Positions 1-8,646 of a DNA stretch of 64,000 nt are shown piece by piece; the first letter of the stretch is position 1; every line of letters starts with the position of its first letter. The stretch spans positions 62,001 to 126,000 of IMG/VR virus record IMGVR_UViG_3300020380_000001; one strand, written 5' to 3'. The position numbers were made by a program, and so were the translations under genes. The notes under the pieces were generated by a model. That model searched no databases and had not been told where the DNA came from. It saw only the letters and a program-made list of their open reading frames with translations.

Positions 1-2
1 CG

Positions 3-80
3 CCCGCACCTACGCAAGATGCGTCCAGTACCGTGGATGCGTTCTCTAAAGTTAGGAATAGTTTGCGTAGAAGTGATTAA
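3..80 (+). CDS. 3' end of a truncated upstream ORF (hypothetical)
   Basis: Open frame from the window edge to TAA at 78-80 (PAPTQDASSTVDAFSKVRNSLRRSD), followed by an RBS and the next gene. Confidence 0.35.
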   Translation, partial: PAPTQDASSTVDAFSKVRNSLRRSD

Positions 81-104
81 CTCTAGGATAAAACAGGCAG
101 GATA

Positions 105-398
105 ATGAAAGTATCTGATTTAGATAATTATGATTCGATACCAGAGAGTCGTAAATCGCTACAAGATATTCTTGGGCAGTTTGCAGACATTCCCGTAGAT
201 CATATGTCTGACGAGCACACTGAACGCGGTATCAAGGTGCTCGAAGCCGCACTGAATTTTTTCAATTCACTAGAAGCTAACTATGGCGAAGAAGTTGCAG
301 TAGTAGTGGAACGGAAATTCTGTAACGCAGTAAAAGCGAAGAATACTGACAAGTTTGAACGTCAGTTAAAGGAATCCATCAATGGCCAGAAAAAGTAA
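105..398 (+). CDS. hypothetical protein (97 aa)
   Basis: ORF track; CAGGA RBS upstream. Confidence 0.75.
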   Translation: MKVSDLDNYDSIPESRKSLQDILGQFADIPVDHMSDEHTERGIKVLEAALNFFNSLEANYGEEVAVVVERKFCNAVKAKNTDKFERQLKESINGQKK

Positions 399-546
399 AG
401 TTTGGCTTAACCCGAACGGCTCAGCCGACAAGGAAACGGTAGACCCGAAAGCGGAAGCTGTCTACAATAGTCTAAAAAGCACAGAGAAGACCGTTTTTGT
501 AAAGGCATTGCATGATGAAAAAAGAAAAAAACGCCTTGACCGGTAA
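382..546 (+). CDS. small ORF (54 aa, MARKSKVWLNPNGS...KRLDR), absent from the track; possibly the true N-terminus of the downstream ligase-like gene
   Basis: Translated by hand; AAGGA RBS upstream; overlaps the previous stop in typical coupled fashion. Confidence 0.5.
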   Translation: MARKSKVWLNPNGSADKETVDPKAEAVYNSLKSTEKTVFVKALHDEKRKKRLDR

Positions 547-2584
547 GCTTTTGCAGGTTTTAGAACCTCGTGATATATCTATATCGCGCAAAGCCGGCGA
601 GATTATAGAACAGGCGGTGACTACTAACCTGCAGATGATTAACCAAGTTGCTGCGTCAAGCAACGTGTCTGCCAAGGATGTAGTGGACCTTTGTGTGCAA
701 CTATCAGCACAACCGGAAACATCTGTTCTTTCAACTCTACGATATGTATCGTCGTCGTACTTTCTTAGCAATGAAGCGAACCGCGCTTTTAAGTACGTTA
801 TTATGACGGGTTTAGATTCAGATGTGATTCGCACACATGATGGTCAAACTGCAATTGGTGACCCCGATCTTAACCCGGATTTGGTCTTATCACAGCACGA
901 CGAATGTGCATTTATAACCATGCTTTCGTTAGCAAATTACCCGTACAAGCACGCAACCACGCCGCAAGTACAGGATTATTGGCAACTATTACTGGGCGAA
1001 ATACTTTCGCTTTACGGTGGTTCATTATTGCCAACCGCGTATATGGTACTATCCGAGGCAGTGGGTGTCGTGTCTACTATGTTTGATTCTGCGCCACGTA
1101 TATACCGCAGTATTATTCGTCAAAGTACACTAAGCCCTGAATACAAGCATTCACTGATTAACGAACACGCCGCGCCGGTTGATAAGAAGCGTGGCATCAC
1201 GCATTTAGAAGATTTAGACGATGCTCTGTTTCACCGAGCAATTAATGATTTGGAACTATGTGTTGTAACTGAGAAACTGGACGGAAGTAATATGCGATTT
1301 GGCGTAGAAAACGGCCAGATGTATACCGTGTTTGGGAATCTGGATAAGGTATATTCAGTTGACGAACATCCCGAAAACTTCAGTAGCAACTATCGGATAT
1401 TTGCTCACCGCGCATTGTTAACTCGTGAAAGCGAAGTGACATCGCTGGGCGACTTTGAAATAGAAGTAGAAGTGCTTTACGACGAGATACCCAACGTAAT
1501 TCGTTACGACGATACAGTGAATGACATCGTGTTATTAAGGCAGTTAAAGGGCGACCCGCACATACTGCCTAAAGTCGCTGAGATTTACGAGTCAAATGGT
1601 ATCACTAGTGTCGAGCATGATTGCTTAGTTAGTAGAGACGGCAATACTGCGCTAAAAGAAAAGCGAACATCTAAAGTTATGTTCAGTGAAGTTCCGCAAA
1701 TGTCACAGAAGTTCTTACAAGAGTCCTTGGCTAAAAGCGACTTAAGTACTGCAATTGAGCAATACAACGCAAATCTAGGTGAGACAGACGCAGAGACAGG
1801 TATGTCAGTAAGCGAAGTTGCAAACTTTAAACTGAACGGCAAACGTCCCGAAGATACTGACCAAGATACTTGGAATTCTTTAAAACAAAAAGTCAAAGAC
1901 TCAAGAAACCCGTGCCGTGACAAGATCAAAAAAGCCAAGCAAGAGGTGAAGAAACACCTCTTATCTGCGCTGGTTCATTCTAGTACAAGTAAGTTTTCTG
2001 ACAGAGAAGACAGCTGGATTGAAGGCATAGTTATAAAACACCCTGACGGTTTCATGTTTAAAATAGTTGACAAAGATACTTTCTTAGAGGCTAAAAACTT
2101 CATTTGGCAAAAGCGAGAAGAAATCAAGTCCACTGTCTTAAACAACAAAAACGATTCCCTAGTAGGCAAGACAATGTTAGAACTTGCCCATATACTAGGT
2201 GACACTCGTTACGCTACCATCTCGGCTAAACGAGTAATTCGTTCACAAGCAGAAACCCCTGATAAATTCCTTAAGCTTATTAAAGGTAGTCTTGACGTGG
2301 CTTACGTAAAAGAGAAGTTCACCGACACTCTTACTCGTGCGCTCCGCAGTCACCAAATTATGCTTGACGAGTACCTTAGTACATATAAAAGCTTGGCAAT
2401 CACTATACCCAACGGCGTTGATATTTCTTACGCAGACGACTGTATACACAGCCGTACATTGGCAGCATTCTGTGAAGCAAGGCGAAAGCTAGAAGCCCTA
2501 ATGCGCATTACGAAGGCAGCAAGCGAATCAGCCCAGCTGTATCGTGTAGTATTGGGCAACAGAATAGAAACTGCTTTTGGATAA
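512..2584 (+). CDS. RNA-ligase-like (ATP-grasp nucleotidyltransferase superfamily) protein, probably virion-associated
   Basis: Motif I TEKLDGSN, motif IV-like EGIVIK, motif V-like FKIVDK; ITHLEDL just before the catalytic domain. Confidence 0.7.
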   Translation: MMKKEKNALTGKLLQVLEPRDISISRKAGEIIEQAVTTNLQMINQVAASSNVSAKDVVDLCVQLSAQPETSVLSTLRYVSSSYFLSNEANRAFKYVIMTGLDSDVIRTHDGQTAIGDPDLNPDLVLSQHDECAFITMLSLANYPYKHATTPQVQDYWQLLLGEILSLYGGSLLPTAYMVLSEAVGVVSTMFDSAPRIYRSIIRQSTLSPEYKHSLINEHAAPVDKKRGITHLEDLDDALFHRAINDLELCVVTEKLDGSNMRFGVENGQMYTVFGNLDKVYSVDEHPENFSSNYRIFAHRALLTRESEVTSLGDFEIEVEVLYDEIPNVIRYDDTVNDIVLLRQLKGDPHILPKVAEIYESNGITSVEHDCLVSRDGNTALKEKRTSKVMFSEVPQMSQKFLQESLAKSDLSTAIEQYNANLGETDAETGMSVSEVANFKLNGKRPEDTDQDTWNSLKQKVKDSRNPCRDKIKKAKQEVKKHLLSALVHSSTSKFSDREDSWIEGIVIKHPDGFMFKIVDKDTFLEAKNFIWQKREEIKSTVLNNKNDSLVGKTMLELAHILGDTRYATISAKRVIRSQAETPDKFLKLIKGSLDVAYVKEKFTDTLTRALRSHQIMLDEYLSTYKSLAITIPNGVDISYADDCIHSRTLAAFCEARRKLEALMRITKAASESAQLYRVVLGNRIETAFG

Positions 2585-2628
2585 CTTCCTTAAATAAGGT
2601 ATAAGAAACCTTATTTTCGGAGTTATGC

Positions 2629-3117
2629 ATGCCATTAAGAAAAAGGAAATACAACCGAGCTAAACTGGCTGAGTTCAATCTAAACCTAGATATGGACTCA
2701 AAAGCCACCATTATGTACAATGACCCACAGAAACGCTTTCGTATCGTTAACAGTGACGCGAAACTTGTTGTTGAGGGCATGGGTGATTTTTCGACCCTTC
2801 GTCGCCGTACTGGTCACGACATCGAAACGTTAATCAGTCAAGCTGAACGTGACATAAAATCTGTATCTGAAAAGACCTACCGTCCCGGATCAGCTATCAT
2901 TACTGATAATAATCCTGACGCTGAGTACTTTGTAAAAGAGTACAACTTAGAATATCCACAAGCCCGTGCACTTGTAGACGCGCTAGAAAACGACGACTAT
3001 GATGATGAAGTACTAACTCTTATAAGATCGTTGCCTGGCAGCCGTGAGTTTGACCTCGACACGTTCATTACTATTTTGAAATCTGAATTGCAGTCGTTCA
3101 GCGGTAATACAGATTAA
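2629..3117 (+). CDS. hypothetical protein
   Basis: ORF track; TTAAATA late box at 2590 and GGAG RBS. Confidence 0.75.
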   Translation: MPLRKRKYNRAKLAEFNLNLDMDSKATIMYNDPQKRFRIVNSDAKLVVEGMGDFSTLRRRTGHDIETLISQAERDIKSVSEKTYRPGSAIITDNNPDAEYFVKEYNLEYPQARALVDALENDDYDDEVLTLIRSLPGSREFDLDTFITILKSELQSFSGNTD

Positions 3118-3126
3118 GGAATACAA

Positions 3127-4035
3127 GTGTTTTTAGAAGATATTTCGGGATTAAAACAGTCGTACAGCGCTATGCTTCTAACTGAGGGCGGCAACGCCTT
3201 CAGTAACGTCGGTGCCATTCATATAAGTGAAATAGAACCTACTATTAACGGACTAGCCCAAGTCCTTCAAATACCCGATCTAGGTTCACATGTGCTTGGG
3301 TCAGTTGGCAAAAAAGAGTACAGCGGTGATGTTGATATTGCACTTAAGCCTAAAAACCCGGAAGAACTAGGCAAGTTTATCGAAAGGCTAAAGAAAGTAC
3401 TAGGCCAAGAAAACGTGCGTCAAGTAGGTGGTTTAATAACAACCGCAGTTAAGATCCAGGGCTACAATCCTAAAAAGGACAAGAGACAGCCGCGCACAGG
3501 CTACGTGCAGGTGGATTTTATATTCGGTAACCCTGAATGGCTTAAGCTTTATTTTCACTCACCGTCTTCTAAGGATTCTAAACTGAAAGGCACCCACCGC
3601 AACTTAGCAATAGCCAGCATAGCCGCACACGTTGATCGCCAATCAAGTGACGAGCTAGATAGCCATGGTCGTCCGGTTAAGATTATCCGCTGGAAGTGGA
3701 GTCCCAAAGACGGGCTAGTGAAAGTGGAAAGAACCTCCCGTAAAAAGGCTAACGGTGGATGGGTTAAGAAGCAGGATGACAAGGTTATCAGTGAGCCTGT
3801 TACTGATGCCAAGGGAATAGCGGATGTTCTTTTCCAAGGGAAAGCAGATCCTAAAGTACTAGACAGTGCAGAGAGTCTTATCGCTGCTGTTAAAAAGTAC
3901 TACACCGCCGATGCGGCTGAATCGGTATTCAGGACTATGGCTAGGAACTTTGACACCAAACCCGATTTAGCGGGTGGCGACTTCGAATATCCGCCGGAAG
4001 TTGCGAAGTATATGGGGACAGGTAATGGCCGATAA
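3127..4035 (+). CDS. DNA polymerase-beta-superfamily nucleotidyltransferase
   Basis: Signature LGSVGKKEYSGDVDIA (hG[GS]x9-13DhD) plus a third acidic residue in VQVDFIF. Confidence 0.75.
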   Translation: MFLEDISGLKQSYSAMLLTEGGNAFSNVGAIHISEIEPTINGLAQVLQIPDLGSHVLGSVGKKEYSGDVDIALKPKNPEELGKFIERLKKVLGQENVRQVGGLITTAVKIQGYNPKKDKRQPRTGYVQVDFIFGNPEWLKLYFHSPSSKDSKLKGTHRNLAIASIAAHVDRQSSDELDSHGRPVKIIRWKWSPKDGLVKVERTSRKKANGGWVKKQDDKVISEPVTDAKGIADVLFQGKADPKVLDSAESLIAAVKKYYTADAAESVFRTMARNFDTKPDLAGGDFEYPPEVAKYMGTGNGR

Positions 4036-4732
4036 TTACACCAAACAGTGGCCTTTTAGTGAAACAAAGAGCGAGTCGTTAGTTTCTGAATTATCAGAAG
4101 CTCGCGGCTTCTTTTACACATTAACTGGGTTGAACAAGTATAGTTATAAGACGTTGTGTGAGATGTTGTATTTGACATTAGTGTCTATGGCTATGCTTGT
4201 ACAGGAACGCCAAACTCACAAGGATATAGCGCGATACGCTGACGAAGCACTTGTGTATAAAAACTTCAACAAAGCATACACTAGGTTGAATGATGTTGCT
4301 CTTATGTGTGCAACTGTGCTAGGCAACAATCCTAAGTACAAGTACAACAACGAAACAACAAATCATTCACAGCGACATTTGATTGACTATTTTAAAATGT
4401 TGCGCGGTGACATGCCTGTTACTAAATCAAAACTAAGCTTTTATCTGTTTTCATTTGAAAGCATGTTCTTAATAAGCGACAAGAAGATTAAACGCCTTAG
4501 ACGTAAAGTTATCCAGCTTGCAGAGATTACCCCTGTACAGCGAGTCTATGCTTACAAAGACGCCAAGATGCTAATGCGCAGGTATAATCCTCGTTTAGAG
4601 ATATTACCTTATTTCGATCCATTAATACCGGCTAAGATGCAGGACGCCGGAACTACTGTTGACACTCTTTCAACCGTAGCCTTAGCCGCCCTTACTGGGT
4701 ATCAAGTAGGCAGACAAAAGAGGCGGGACTAA
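4025..4732 (+). CDS. hypothetical protein, probable head-associated
   Basis: ORF track frame; start moved to ATG 4025 (CAGGT RBS, overlaps the previous stop). Confidence 0.7.
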   Translation: MADNYTKQWPFSETKSESLVSELSEARGFFYTLTGLNKYSYKTLCEMLYLTLVSMAMLVQERQTHKDIARYADEALVYKNFNKAYTRLNDVALMCATVLGNNPKYKYNNETTNHSQRHLIDYFKMLRGDMPVTKSKLSFYLFSFESMFLISDKKIKRLRRKVIQLAEITPVQRVYAYKDAKMLMRRYNPRLEILPYFDPLIPAKMQDAGTTVDTLSTVALAALTGYQVGRQKRRD

Positions 4733-4755
4733 CACTCGCCTCTTGTTCATTAAAA

Positions 4756-4762
4756 CTAAATA
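4756..4762 (+). promoter_or_regulatory. T4-like late promoter box CTAAATA
   Basis: Intergenic, 28 nt before the ATG; the same box recurs before many virion-type genes. Confidence 0.6.
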
Positions 4763-4789
4763 AGTTTATTAAACTATCTAGGTACCATA

Positions 4790-5776
4790 ATGAACAAATA
4801 CATTAAAATTAAATTTTTGTCAGAAGCGGCGATGGACACGTATATGTCGCACCCCATTCTTTCTGAGAATTCTAAATTTGAAGGCGACCGTGAACTTGCA
4901 CTGGACGCTGAGTATGCTGCTAAATTTACCAAGTTCCTTCAACATTCTGATCTATCAGAAAGTGTAGAGTACAGCATGCAAGAGCCCGCCCCTAAAAAGA
5001 AAACAAGCAAGAAGCAAGCTATTGTTAAAGAAGGCATAATCGACTTCAAGAAGAAGCTAGACTATATGTCCACTGGTCGTCTTGGCTTAGCTGACCCCAT
5101 GTCGTTTAACATGAACGATCCTGAAGTAGACGGTGTGGACGGCTGTACGTGCCTTAGTCAAGTCTTTGACGAGTTTAGTGTTCTTTGTAAAGATGTGAAA
5201 ATACAAAAGAACGTGAGCTTCTTAGAAGACCTAAGAGAGAATATGCCTACTATACGCCGCATACGTGAAATGTGCGAAATGATAGAAGCTTTTGAAGCTG
5301 ACATCGACGCAGCACCTATGTTCAAAGAACTGTTATCTGGCGCAGTTGTAGCAGGCGACAAAGCCCCTGAACACAACTTATCTCACGACTTGCCGTATAC
5401 TATATCTCCTGAGATAGATTCAGATATCGCCAAGACGTTTGAAAAGATTAAGCCTATCGGCGCAGCTCTTAGCAAAGTACTTCGTACTAGTCCGATCGAT
5501 GAATCTGTTGCGATGATGACGATGGGTGATTTCGAGAAGAAACTTGATAAGCCGTTTAGTGTTTCGCCTAAAAATGGCAGCGACACGGTAGCCGCATTCT
5601 TAAATAGTGTGGCAAGCAGGCTAGTTATGGTTAACAAGTCTCTGAAAGGCCAAAAGTCATTAAGTCCAGAAGCTGCCAGTCAAGTTAGATTGGATCTTGC
5701 TGAGTTAATGAACGACTTGACACTTGCTTATCAATTAACTGCGCGTTTACGTCAACTTGGTAAGCAAAAGAAATAA
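4790..5776 (+). CDS. hypothetical protein, probable internal head protein
   Basis: ORF track; CTAAATA late box at 4756; several L/IxE motifs. Confidence 0.7.
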   Translation: MNKYIKIKFLSEAAMDTYMSHPILSENSKFEGDRELALDAEYAAKFTKFLQHSDLSESVEYSMQEPAPKKKTSKKQAIVKEGIIDFKKKLDYMSTGRLGLADPMSFNMNDPEVDGVDGCTCLSQVFDEFSVLCKDVKIQKNVSFLEDLRENMPTIRRIREMCEMIEAFEADIDAAPMFKELLSGAVVAGDKAPEHNLSHDLPYTISPEIDSDIAKTFEKIKPIGAALSKVLRTSPIDESVAMMTMGDFEKKLDKPFSVSPKNGSDTVAAFLNSVASRLVMVNKSLKGQKSLSPEAASQVRLDLAELMNDLTLAYQLTARLRQLGKQKK

Positions 5777-5791
5777 TATTAGCCGTTGGTG

Positions 5792-5798
5792 CTAAATA
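5792..5798 (+). promoter_or_regulatory. T4-like late promoter box CTAAATA
   Basis: Intergenic, before 5849. Confidence 0.65.
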
Positions 5799-5848
5799 AA
5801 TATGTGAAAAGGGCACAAGCCCACAAAAGATTATGGAGATTTTTAATC

Positions 5849-6304
5849 ATGGCATTTGATGTATACACTAAAGGTTCAGTACAAGAAGGCATGTTCGTAG
5901 AACCAATGTACTTTGTTACACTAACATTCGATTCTGACATTTCAAGCTCAGCTTTCGGTGTTCGTGATTCTGTACTTGAAAAAGCACTACGCGTTCTTGG
6001 TACTCGTGCAGTTGTTACTGGCATTGGTCCTATGTACCTTGACGGTGCGGGCACTGCGTCTAAAGTAGACGTTATCCTAGGCACTGGCCAAGGCTTCTAC
6101 GTAGACGATCCAGCGACTAGTCTTGAAATTGAAGGCCTACAGGCTGAAGCAGTTGACGGTCTTGACAATGCAGGTAACCCGATCTCTGCTACATTTACAG
6201 CTACTTTCGCTGTATTCTCTGGCTTAGATGCGGCTACTGCTGCTGACTTAGTAGAAGGCCACGACGGCCAACACCGTCCAGCTACTGCGCGTCACTTCAA
6301 GTAA
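5849..6304 (+). CDS. probable abundant virion structural protein
   Basis: Own late box (5792), GGAG RBS and strong terminator; Ala/Gly/Thr/Val-rich; start moved to MAFDV. Confidence 0.6.
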   Translation: MAFDVYTKGSVQEGMFVEPMYFVTLTFDSDISSSAFGVRDSVLEKALRVLGTRAVVTGIGPMYLDGAGTASKVDVILGTGQGFYVDDPATSLEIEGLQAEAVDGLDNAGNPISATFTATFAVFSGLDAATAADLVEGHDGQHRPATARHFK

Positions 6305-6317
6305 TATTTTACTTATT

Positions 6318-6347
6318 AAAAAAAGCGGGCTTTGGTCCGCTTTTTTT
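6318..6347 (+). terminator. intrinsic terminator
   Basis: A7-GCGGGC-TTTG-GTCCGC-T7. Confidence 0.85.
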
Positions 6348-6375
6348 GTGCCCTGAGTTCGGTGAACATTTAATA

Positions 6376-6382
6376 CTAAATA
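6376..6382 (+). promoter_or_regulatory. T4-like late promoter box CTAAATA
   Basis: Between the terminator and ORF 6402. Confidence 0.65.
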
Positions 6383-6401
6383 AGTGAAACGGGAGCTCGC
6401 A

Positions 6402-6806
6402 ATGGCCACACATGATTATGCATCCCTTGATATACGTGAGAAAATAGTTTTTTATTGTAAATCAAATGGGAAACACGGCAGGGGCGGTGTTGAAGTTTCT
6501 AATAGCGGGGACTTTAAACAAGCGTCACAGAAGAACTTCTCGATTATATTACAAGCAATAGGCCTTAGATGTCAACCACATGTGATAGTAGAACCGTATA
6601 CTGTACTTGACCTCAACGATGTATGCGATTTAAGAGGCAGAGGAACTGCCTTTGTACTTGGCTTTGAACACGCTGATGCGTTTTCTAGAGGCGAAGACAA
6701 GCTGTGGTGGATACGGGAGAACCTCGATAACTTAATCCTTTACGATGGTGGTAGATTAAGGTTATCAGAAAAAGCAAATGCAGCGGTAGGGATTTATGCT
6801 ACTTGA
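6402..6806 (+). CDS. hypothetical protein
   Basis: Late box at 6376; GGGAG RBS before ATG 6402. Confidence 0.7.
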   Translation: MATHDYASLDIREKIVFYCKSNGKHGRGGVEVSNSGDFKQASQKNFSIILQAIGLRCQPHVIVEPYTVLDLNDVCDLRGRGTAFVLGFEHADAFSRGEDKLWWIRENLDNLILYDGGRLRLSEKANAAVGIYAT

Positions 6807-7275
6807 AGAACTAACAGGCGGCCGTGTTAACTTTATTGAAAGTAAATGGCTTGAACTAAAAACTCATTTTAACGATGGCAAACTCACGGAAAGTAATCGA
6901 CTTTGTGAAGCAATTTCGGTAGACGGCGAGGTAGTTGCTATGTATAATAGAGTCAATGGCAGTATCGTTTTCGAAGTAGAAGACTTGGACGCTTTGCCGT
7001 CTGGTGTCAAAACTTCTATAAACGAAGCAAGACGCGTCTGGAGCCGTGTAGGCGACACCGTGGTGCGTAAATTCAGATGCACGAGTGGCCTCCGTAAAGG
7101 TCGCATCGTGTCTGATCCTGCTACCTGCCATAAACCGATTGACATTAAAAAGCGCGTCACGATGAAGCGAAACCAAGCTACAAAAGGCCGCACAATGTCA
7201 CGCAAAGCTAAAAGAACAAAAAGAATAAATCCAGCAAGCAAACGAGTCGCAAGACTCAACGATCGGGAGAACTGA
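6796..7275 (+). CDS. basic head-morphogenesis protein, prohead-core (gp68-like) candidate
   Basis: Acidic N-terminus; very Lys/Arg-rich C-terminal half (KFRCTSGLRKGRIV...RKAKRTKRINPASKR), typical of a conserved protein of large T4-like phages. Confidence 0.45.
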   Translation: MLLEELTGGRVNFIESKWLELKTHFNDGKLTESNRLCEAISVDGEVVAMYNRVNGSIVFEVEDLDALPSGVKTSINEARRVWSRVGDTVVRKFRCTSGLRKGRIVSDPATCHKPIDIKKRVTMKRNQATKGRTMSRKAKRTKRINPASKRVARLNDREN

Positions 7276-7625
7276 TGAAAACATCTTGTGCATCATACGG
7301 CGAAACACCATACGGCTTCACAGTAACCAACGGTGGAGAGGTACACACTAACATCTTTTTGGAAGACACGGCGAAAGCCCTTGTTTCTGCTTACAATAGT
7401 GGGTACACCTTCCTGGTGCCGTCCTTAATTAACGACGATCGGTATTACGGCAAGTACACTACTGACGTCATGTTTTACGATAATTCGGCTAATTATGTAT
7501 TGGCTGAAGACTCTGCGCAAATGGCCGGCATGTACAAGAGACGCCTTTACCAAAACATTGCTCGCATCCGTGATGAAGTAAATAAGCTTAATGCTGAACA
7601 GTTTTTAGAGGCGGATGTATTATGA
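7275..7625 (+). CDS. hypothetical protein
   Basis: ORF track; coupled TGATG overlap. Confidence 0.7.
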   Translation: MKTSCASYGETPYGFTVTNGGEVHTNIFLEDTAKALVSAYNSGYTFLVPSLINDDRYYGKYTTDVMFYDNSANYVLAEDSAQMAGMYKRRLYQNIARIRDEVNKLNAEQFLEADVL

Positions 7626-8323
7626 AAGTAGATTCACTTTACCTGAGTGAAAAAGTAAACTTCGGCAAAAACGTGCCTAAGATTAGACCTGATTCTAATA
7701 TCAGTGATATCAAGGATGCCGTGAGTTACGCATTTAGAAAAATCCATGAGAACAGAAACGACTCAATTACCAAGATCGCAATGAACGGTCTTATTAAAGA
7801 AGCGGGTTCTGTTATATCGAAACAAATTAAGGACGGCCGAATTGGTATGAAAGAGTTAAACGAATTTAGACAGTGGATTGACACAGTCGCAAATAATGAA
7901 ACGCAACTTAACGAAAACGTTGATCAAGCGGAAGTTCTTGTTGCTGCTAAAGCACTAAGCGGCGATATCCAGAACATGTATGAGAAGGTGGCAAAAATGG
8001 TTGCTACTGACTTGATCCATATCACTGAAGAGATTAAGAACAAATTCGGCGAAGACCAAGCCAAAGCGTTTTATAATCTTGCTAAGTCTAATTTAGAAGG
8101 CCTAACCGACACGCTACAGGCTAGCTATGAGGAACTATCAGGGGCAGCTGATGACTTGTCTTCTGGTACGCCTATTAGCTCAGGCGGCGATATGATGGAT
8201 TACGACAGCCTTGAGGGCGACGATAGCGACGATGAAGGCGATGCTCCTGATTTAGATAGCGACGGTACCGATGCTCCTGATTTAGAGCTAGGCGGCGACC
8301 GTGGAATGAAGGACGACGCGTAA
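7622..8323 (+). CDS. helical protein with acidic low-complexity tail, scaffold/core-like
   Basis: ORF track; Asp/Gly-rich tail with a DAPDL duplication. Confidence 0.6.
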   Translation: MKVDSLYLSEKVNFGKNVPKIRPDSNISDIKDAVSYAFRKIHENRNDSITKIAMNGLIKEAGSVISKQIKDGRIGMKELNEFRQWIDTVANNETQLNENVDQAEVLVAAKALSGDIQNMYEKVAKMVATDLIHITEEIKNKFGEDQAKAFYNLAKSNLEGLTDTLQASYEELSGAADDLSSGTPISSGGDMMDYDSLEGDDSDDEGDAPDLDSDGTDAPDLELGGDRGMKDDA

Positions 8324-8643
8324 TGCGCATAGATGAAATTATCAACGAAAGCGACGATAATTTGCGAGCCGAGTTAGAGAATTTCATCTTACGCCAGCGA
8401 GCACAGGGTCAAGAAGAGATTGATACTTCTGTTGCCGTTCAGTATATGCATGACATGACGGGCGTACAAGTTACGCCTGAAATGATTGTTGATATGCTGT
8501 CTGGGTCTGACATAATAGGCACAGCGACGGTTGATACGATTTCGTTTGGATCCGAGCTTGCTATTGACGTAGGTGACGAAGAATCCGCTCGTGATGCGGT
8601 TCGCAAAAAAGCTTCACAATTTGCAAAAAAAGAAATGAGGTAG
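8323..8643 (+). CDS. hypothetical acidic protein
   Basis: ORF track; coupled TAATG overlap. Confidence 0.7.
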   Translation: MRIDEIINESDDNLRAELENFILRQRAQGQEEIDTSVAVQYMHDMTGVQVTPEMIVDMLSGSDIIGTATVDTISFGSELAIDVGDEESARDAVRKKASQFAKKEMR

Positions 8644-8646
8644 TGT

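Noticed and set aside
398-510. Possible structured ncRNA (GTAGAC/GTCTAC, AAACGGT/ACCGTTT pairings)
   Set aside because: The stretch is better explained by the un-tracked ORF 382-546 with a good RBS; the stems are short
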